The notes under the pieces: model-generated
The model's input: the letters and a program-made list of their open reading frames with translations, nothing else
Told to the model about the DNA's origin: nothing
The model's database searches: none
Position numbers and translations under genes: made by a program
Shown: piece after piece, positions 58,343 to 64,000 of the stretch
Layout of the letters: each line of letters opens with the position of its first letter
Position numbering within the stretch: the stretch's first letter is position 1
Origin: Chloroflexota bacterium
GTDB lineage: Bacteria; Chloroflexota; Dehalococcoidia; UBA2979
Reading direction: 5' to 3'
DNA: 64,000 bases
NCBI GenBank assembly: GCA_027593235.1
Contig: JAQCIU010000006.1
Span: forward strand, 59,063-123,062

Positions 58343-58699
58343 GTGGATCGCGATCGCTTTCGCCGCCTCGTCCAGCGCGCCCTCCGCGGACTGCCCGTCG
58401 CCGCCCGCGATCAACTCAACAACCTCGAGGTCGTGATCGAACGCGAGCCCGGCCCGGACGACCTCGAGAGCAGCGATCCCGGCGACACCCTCTTCGGCCT
58501 CTACATCGGCACCCCGCTTGTCGATCGCGCCGACTACCACCTGACCCTGCCCGACCGTATCGTCATCTTCCAAGGCCCCCTGGAGCGCTCGTTTCACCCG
58601 CGCGACATCCCTGAACAGGTGCGCATCACCGTCCTGCACGAGATCGCGCATCATTTCGGCATCGACGACGATCGGCTGCACCAGCTCGGCTACCGGTAG
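58343..58699 (+). CDS. Zincin-like minimal metallopeptidase (DUF1025)
   Basis: LFGLYIG, PDRIVIF, TVLHEIAHHFGI. Confidence 0.92.
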   Translation: MDRDRFRRLVQRALRGLPVAARDQLNNLEVVIEREPGPDDLESSDPGDTLFGLYIGTPLVDRADYHLTLPDRIVIFQGPLERSFHPRDIPEQVRITVLHEIAHHFGIDDDRLHQLGYR

Positions 58700-58785
58700 C
58701 CGAACCGCCGCCACTCAGCACGGCGGCCCCGATCCAGCTCAGTGCGGATCACCGGCACGGATCAAGCAGAGAACTGGAGACGCCC

Positions 58786-59520
58786 ATGGTCAGCGAACGC
58801 TTCGTCATCGGCATCGATGACACGAACGACGCGGATGGCGCCGGCACCAGCAAACTCGCCCGCGATTGGGCCGCCGCCATCGAGGACGAACGGTTCGCCA
58901 CCAGCCACGGCGTCACCCGCCACCAGCTCTGGCAGAGCCCCAAGGTCGCGGCCACCACCCACAACCGCGCCCTCGCGATCGCCATCGAAACCGATCGCCA
59001 CGTCCTCGATGTCGAGGACCACGTCGTCGACTTCGTGCGCACACACGCCGCGGCGAAGGCCAACCCCGCCGTCGCCGTGCTCTCCCGGCACACCGACATG
59101 CCGCACGCCCTCGCCTTCGGCCGCCGCGCACAGCAAGAGCTACTCAAGCTCGCCGACGCCGAGCGTTACTCCACGGAGGCGAACGTCTCGCTCCGTAGCC
59201 TCGGTGGGAATCGCAACGGCATGATCGGCGCCCTCGCCGCCGTCGGACTCCACGCTGGGGGCAAGGACGGTCTCTTCATCCAGCTCGTCGGCATCCGCGA
59301 ACTCGCCGGCCGCGTCACCGCCGGCCAGATCCGCGAACGCACCGCGCTCACCCACGTCATCGACGAAGACACTGGCGAGGAACTGGATCGCGACGACCTC
59401 ATCGACACCGGCGACTGGGTACGCCCGCGCATGATCGAGAACGACCCCGTCCTCCTGACCCGCCGCTCGCCCGATGAAAAGAAGCTCTGGCTCACCATCG
59501 ACCGCCGCCCCGCAAGCTAG
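58786..59520 (+). CDS. TiaS N-terminal-like (IGIDDT) protein of unknown function
   Basis: IGIDDTN...GT, VTRHQL, TTHN, GMIGALAAVG. Confidence 0.7.
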   Translation: MVSERFVIGIDDTNDADGAGTSKLARDWAAAIEDERFATSHGVTRHQLWQSPKVAATTHNRALAIAIETDRHVLDVEDHVVDFVRTHAAAKANPAVAVLSRHTDMPHALAFGRRAQQELLKLADAERYSTEANVSLRSLGGNRNGMIGALAAVGLHAGGKDGLFIQLVGIRELAGRVTAGQIRERTALTHVIDEDTGEELDRDDLIDTGDWVRPRMIENDPVLLTRRSPDEKKLWLTIDRRPAS

Positions 59521-59573
59521 CGGGGCATCCCGAGGAGCCCCCAAGCTACCGAGGCGTTCCGCTAGGCCGAGGG

Positions 59574-60740
59574 TCAGCGCGCCGCGCCCTCGAGCCAGCG
59601 CCGCGTCAGCCGCTCCGCCGCCGCCCGCACCGGTTCCGCGCCCAGCGCCATCGCCTGCTCCACGGTCACGCCTTCCGGCGTCGAGCGCTCGGCATCGAGG
59701 ATCCCGGCCGGCCGGCCGCTGACCTGCCCGCCGATAGCGACGCACGGCCGTCCCAGCTCCGCCGCCAGCGCGCCCACGTGCCCCACTGTCTTGCCGTACC
59801 CGGTCTGCGCGTCCACCGAACCCTCGCCCGTGATCACCAGATCCGACTCCCGCATCGCGCCCTCGAGATCCACGAGGTCCGCCACCAGCGCCGCTCCGGA
59901 TTCGATGCCACCCGCGGCCCCGGCTGCGTGCGCGGCAGCCAACAGGCCCACCGGAATCCCGCCACCGGCCCCCGCGCCCGGCAAGCCGGCCAGCGCGATC
60001 CCGAGGTCGCGTTCGATGCACGCCGCCCAGCCCGCCAGTGCCGCTTCGAAGGCGGGGACCTGCCAGTCCCGCACGCCCTTCTGTGGGCCGTAGATCACCG
60101 TCGCGCCCTCGGGCCCCAGCAGTGGGTTTGTCACATCCACCGCCACCCGCAGCTCCACCGCCCCCAGCCCCGCCGGCGCCTCCCCACGCACCACCGAGGC
60201 CAGTCGCGCCAGACCCAGCGCGCCTTCCGGGATCGCCGCGCCACCACGATCGAGCAGCCGTAACCCCAGCGCGCGTGCCGCGCCCGCGCCACCGTCGTTC
60301 GTCGCCGTCCCACCGACACCAACCACGATCCGCCGCGCCCCGCGTCGCAGCGCGTCCGCGATCAGCTCGCCGACCCCGAACGTCGACGCCAGCGCCGGTC
60401 GCCGCAGCGCCGGCTCCACCAGCACGAGGCCGCACGCCGCCGAAGACTCGATCACCGCGGAACTGCCCGCGGTCGTTTGCAGCAGTGCGTACGTCGCCAC
60501 GACGGGATCGCCCAGCGGACCGGCCACCTCGACGCGCACCCGCTCGGCGGCGCTCGCTGCCAGGCAGGCGTCCACCGTCCCCGGGCCGCCGTCACCCAGT
60601 GGCACCTGGCGGATCGCGGCCGCCGCTCCCAGCGCCGCGCGCACGCCTGCCGCGATCGCCGTCGCCGCCTCAATCGCCGTCAACGAGCCTTTGAACTCTT
60701 GCGGACACACCAACACGCGGAGAGGAACGCTCGCCGTCAC
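59574..60740 (-). CDS. Glycerate kinase (GlxK family)
   Basis: PQEFKGSL, DGGPGT, GGTATNDGG, GAGAGGG, ITGEG..D.QT..GK. Confidence 0.95.
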   Translation of the reverse strand: MTASVPLRVLVCPQEFKGSLTAIEAATAIAAGVRAALGAAAAIRQVPLGDGGPGTVDACLAASAAERVRVEVAGPLGDPVVATYALLQTTAGSSAVIESSAACGLVLVEPALRRPALASTFGVGELIADALRRGARRIVVGVGGTATNDGGAGAARALGLRLLDRGGAAIPEGALGLARLASVVRGEAPAGLGAVELRVAVDVTNPLLGPEGATVIYGPQKGVRDWQVPAFEAALAGWAACIERDLGIALAGLPGAGAGGGIPVGLLAAAHAAGAAGGIESGAALVADLVDLEGAMRESDLVITGEGSVDAQTGYGKTVGHVGALAAELGRPCVAIGGQVSGRPAGILDAERSTPEGVTVEQAMALGAEPVRAAAERLTRRWLEGAAR

Positions 60741-60743
60741 CGC

Positions 60744-60923
60744 TCAGGCGCCCCAGCCGAACCACAGCCGCAACGCGGCGCTGATCAGGATCGCCGCGAC
60801 GTAGGCAAAACCCACCCGCTTCGCGTGAAAGCCAATCCGCCGTAACCGCGCCGGGGCGAACAGCACCAGGTACGCCACCACGAACACCGAGACGATCAGC
60901 AATGCACGGATCAGTGAGCCCAT
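60744..60923 (-). CDS. Small two-TM membrane protein (59 aa)
   Basis: Hand translation MGSLIRALLIVSVFVVAYLVLFAPARLRRIGFHAKRVGFAYVAAILISAALRLWFGWGA; GAGGGG upstream; stop 3 nt before glycerate kinase start. Confidence 0.7.
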   Translation of the reverse strand: MGSLIRALLIVSVFVVAYLVLFAPARLRRIGFHAKRVGFAYVAAILISAALRLWFGWGA

Positions 60924-61036
60924 CGGCCGCGCCCCCTCGGTCGCCGCTCGATGCTAGCGGAGTCCCGCCCTGCCTTCCCCGCGCGCCGCGCTCGCGAGCC
61001 CGGGGTCACACCGATGGGCAAGGTGACACGGATCCG

Positions 61037-61088
61037 TTGACAAGAACACTTGTTCTGACTACAGTCTCCGTACTAGAACATCTGTGCG
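61037..61088 (+). promoter_or_regulatory. Sigma70 promoter with LexA (SOS) boxes
   Basis: TTGACA(61037)-17-TACAGT(61060); AGAAC-ACTT-GTTCT at 61043-61056; AGAAC-ATCT-GTGCG at 61075-61088. Confidence 0.8.
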
Positions 61089-61154
61089 CCTTCACGCACA
61101 GGCACCCGCACCAACCGCGGTACTCGACGACGACCCAACGAACGGGGGCACGCA

Positions 61155-61349
61155 ATGACATCAACCAGGATCCGCAACACTCGACGCTCCGCGACTGGCC
61201 CCATCAGCGGACGCGCGGGCGCGCCATCGCTCATGCCGTTCGGGCCGGCACCGCGATTCGGACACCGTTGTCCCGACTGCGGCGGACCGCTCGCCTTCGG
61301 CGAGGGTTGCTCGCTCTGCCCGATCTGCGGACATTCCTCCTGCGCCTAA
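61155..61349 (+). CDS. Small Zn-ribbon protein resembling the NrdJ C-terminal Cys-rich domain
   Basis: CPDCGGPLAFGEGCSLCPICGHSSCA*; GGGGG upstream of ATG; own promoter. Confidence 0.78.
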   Translation: MTSTRIRNTRRSATGPISGRAGAPSLMPFGPAPRFGHRCPDCGGPLAFGEGCSLCPICGHSSCA

Positions 61350-61467
61350 CCTGATTCTGACACCGTCACTCCACCCTCAAATCCGAGCATCTCTCGCGTA
61401 ATACGTCCGTGGACCGGGTCCCCTGGCGACCGTATACTCGCCAAACTTCCCAAAGATCCGGGGCGGA

Positions 61468-62304
61468 ATGACACTGGCGATAGAGACACCGGCTGATTTG
61501 GCTGGCCTGACGCGGCGCGTGCGACGGCACGTTGTCGAGATGGTCTATGGGGCAAAGTCGGGCCACATCGGGGGTTCGCTGTCCTCAACGGACCTCATGT
61601 CCGTTCTCTACACCAAGTTCCTCCGCCATGACCCGGAACGCCCGAGCTGGCACGAGCGTGACCGCTTCATCATGTCGAAGGGTCACTGCACTCCCGTCCA
61701 GTACGCGCTCCTCGCGGAACTCGGCTACTTCCCGACCGAAGAGCTGAACACCTTCCGCCGCAAAGGCACCCGCCTCCAGGGCCACTCGATCCTCGGCAAG
61801 CCCCCCGGCGTGGACAACACCGCCGGCGCGCTCGGCATGGGCCTCTCCTTCGGCCTCGGTATCCGCCTCGCGCAGCGCCTCCAAGGTCTCGAGGACTCGC
61901 GCGTCTGGGTGTTGATGGGCGACGGCGAGCAGAACGAAGGACAGGTCTGGGAAGCCGCCATGGCCGCCGCGCATCACCGCGCCGAAGGCCTCTTCGCGAT
62001 CATCGATCGCAACGGCATCCAGAACGACGACTTCACCAAGACCACCATGAGCACCGAGCCGCTCGACGAGAAGTACCGCGCCTTCGGCTGGACCGTGCTC
62101 TCCGACCTCGATGGCCACGACCTCACGACGATCGAGCAGGCCTACCGCTGGGCGCTCGATCAGCGCAGCGCCCCCGTCTGCCTCATCTTCGACACCGTCA
62201 AAGGCAAGGGCGTCTCCTTCATGGAGCACAACCCCTCCTTCCACGGCGCGCCCCCCTCCGACGAGGAGTTCAAGGTCGCGATGGCGGAACTGGCGGACGC
62301 ATGA
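61468..62304 (+). CDS. Transketolase, N-terminal subunit
   Basis: SGHIGGSLS, DRFIMSKGH, GDGEQNEGQVWEA, TVKGKG. Confidence 0.95.
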   Translation: MTLAIETPADLAGLTRRVRRHVVEMVYGAKSGHIGGSLSSTDLMSVLYTKFLRHDPERPSWHERDRFIMSKGHCTPVQYALLAELGYFPTEELNTFRRKGTRLQGHSILGKPPGVDNTAGALGMGLSFGLGIRLAQRLQGLEDSRVWVLMGDGEQNEGQVWEAAMAAAHHRAEGLFAIIDRNGIQNDDFTKTTMSTEPLDEKYRAFGWTVLSDLDGHDLTTIEQAYRWALDQRSAPVCLIFDTVKGKGVSFMEHNPSFHGAPPSDEEFKVAMAELADA

Positions 62305-63248
62305 CCACCACCCAGGCCCCCGCTCCCGCCGCCACCCGCGAAGCCGTCGGACCGACGTTGATCCGGCTCCAGCGCGAAGGCCATAACCTCATCGTCGTCG
62401 ACGCTGACCTCGGCAAGTCCACCTCGGCGCGCAAGTTCCGCGACGAGTTCCCGGAGCGCTTCTTCACCTTCGGTGTCGCCGAGCAGAACATGATCTCCGC
62501 CGCCGCCGGCTTTGCCGCGATGGGCCACACCGTCTTCGCGACCACCTTCGCCGTGTTCGCCGAACACGCCTTCGATCAGTTCCGCATGTCGGTCGCGCAG
62601 CCCAACCTCAACGTGAAGCTGATCGCCAGCCACGGCGGCGTCTCGACCGGCGAGGATGGCGCCTCCGCCCAGTCCATCGAGGACATCGCCGTCTTCGCCT
62701 CCGTCCCCAACGCCAGCGTCTGCATCCCGGCCGACGTCGTTGAGTCCGAGGCAATCATCGAGGCCGCGGCCAACACCCCCGGACCGTTCTACGTGCGCAC
62801 CGCGCGCCCCAAGACCCCGGTCATCTACACCGACGGACCGCGCTTCAAGCTCGGCAAGGCGGACATGCTCCGCGACGGCCGCGACGTCACCATCGTTGCC
62901 TGCGGCCTGCTCGTCGAGCGCGCACTGCGCGCCGCCGACCAACTCGCCACCGAGGGCATCGACGCCCGCGTCCTGAACATGGCGACCATCCGCCCGCTCG
63001 ACGTCGCCGCCCTCGAGACCGCCGCGCGCGACACCGGCGCGATCGTCGTCGCCGAGGAACACCTCACCCACACCGGACTCGGCGCGATGTGCGCCCACGC
63101 GCTCGCCACCACCACCCCAGTGCCGATGGAGTTCGTCGGCGTCGAGCGCTACGGCGAGTCCGCCACCTGGTCCGAAGCCCTCGAGATCATGGGACTCACG
63201 CCGGAGGGCATCGCGGCCGCGGTGCGCAAGGTCGTCGCCCGCAAATAG
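62301..63248 (+). CDS. Transketolase, C-terminal subunit
   Basis: DADL, GVAEQNM, GEDGASAQ, IRPLD, AEEH. Confidence 0.95.
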   Translation: MTTTQAPAPAATREAVGPTLIRLQREGHNLIVVDADLGKSTSARKFRDEFPERFFTFGVAEQNMISAAAGFAAMGHTVFATTFAVFAEHAFDQFRMSVAQPNLNVKLIASHGGVSTGEDGASAQSIEDIAVFASVPNASVCIPADVVESEAIIEAAANTPGPFYVRTARPKTPVIYTDGPRFKLGKADMLRDGRDVTIVACGLLVERALRAADQLATEGIDARVLNMATIRPLDVAALETAARDTGAIVVAEEHLTHTGLGAMCAHALATTTPVPMEFVGVERYGESATWSEALEIMGLTPEGIAAAVRKVVARK

Positions 63249-63302
63249 CGGACCACCCACCGCTGCCGGTCGCATCCGTTGCAAGCGGGATGTCGGAACG
63301 GC

Positions 63303-64000
63303 CTACCGCTCCAGCAACGCCACCAACTCGCCCAGGTCGCTGACCTCGGCATCCGCTTCATCCGGGCTGTCGAACCGGCCGCCTCGGCGGTTCACCCACA
63401 CACCGTGCATCCCGTGGCCGCGCGCACCCGCCACATCGTGATGCGGGTTGTCGCCGGCGTGTAGCGCCGCGGCCGGGCTGACGCCCAGCGTCTCCAACGT
63501 GTGCGCGAAGATCGCGGCATCCGGCTTCGTCACGCCGACTTCCTCGGAGATCACCAGCACCTCGAAGTAGTCGCCCAGCCCGAGCCGCTCGATCTTCAGC
63601 CGCTGATCGACGCCCAGCCCGTTGCTGATCAGCGCCAACCGGTGCGTCGCCCGCAGGCGATCGAGCGCCGGTAGCACGTCGTCGAACAACCGCAGGTGCC
63701 GCGGCCATGCATCGAGGTAGGCGTCGAAGACGGTGTCTGCCGCCGCTGCATCCAGGTCGGCGTGGCGACCGAGCAGTTCGCGGAAGCCCTGCCGCGCGAA
63801 GTCGTTGCTCCACTCGCGGCTGCCCGCCGCGCGTTGCGCGGCGATGATCAGCGGGCGCAGCTGACCTTCGTAAATCTCCCCGGAACTACCGAGGTCCGCG
63901 AAGAGCGGTGCTTGCGCTCGCAACTGCAGGGTCGCTTCCGCGAACCCCGCGTGCCAGGAACCCCTGGCGTCGACGAGAGTGTCGTCGAGGTCGAGGCAGA
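63303..64000 (-). CDS. HAD-family hydrolase, 5' end outside the window
   Basis: Frame extends to the window edge with motif I (LDLDDTL); ISNG, KPD..IF, GDNPHHDVAGA. Confidence 0.92.
   Translation of the reverse strand, partial: CLDLDDTLVDARGSWHAGFAEATLQLRAQAPLFADLGSSGEIYEGQLRPLIIAAQRAAGSREWSNDFARQGFRELLGRHADLDAAAADTVFDAYLDAWPRHLRLFDDVLPALDRLRATHRLALISNGLGVDQRLKIERLGLGDYFEVLVISEEVGVTKPDAAIFAHTLETLGVSPAAALHAGDNPHHDVAGARGHGMHGVWVNRRGGRFDSPDEADAEVSDLGELVALLER

Overview
A GC-rich (roughly 70% by eye) bacterial chromosomal window, most consistent with Chloroflexota/Dehalococcoidia-like bacteria (inferred from gene order, RpoB/RpoC insertions and AGAAC-N4-GTTCT LexA boxes). It is mostly housekeeping: a MoxR-DUF58-VWA (Bat-type) operon, dnaE, thrB-lysC, tmk, pdxST, USP-TrkA-TrkA-pheA-Fpg/Nei, radC, the ispDF-cysS and tRNA(Thr,Tyr,Thr)-tuf-rpmG-secE-nusG-rplKA-rplJL clusters, a detached rpoBC operon, acyl-CoA metabolism genes and a split transketolase. 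I found no mobile element, CRISPR array or rRNA. The best candidates for undescribed biology are small and mostly absent from the ORF track. (1) A 25-codon leader ORF ending in CCCTCT sits directly upstream of cysS, with alternative pairings and a sequestered cysS start, suggesting cysteine-sensing attenuation. (2) A stand-alone 64-aa protein matching the class II RNR C-terminal Zn ribbon has a perfect LexA box between its -35 and -10, and similar boxes flank the dnaE promoter. (3) RpoB carries the R529K-equivalent rifamycin-resistance residue and RpoC has lost its second Zn site. (4) Also notable are a TiaS-like orphan, a glutamate dehydrogenase broken by one nonsense codon near its domain boundary, an internal aspartokinase beta-subunit start, many apparently leaderless genes, and several small repeats.
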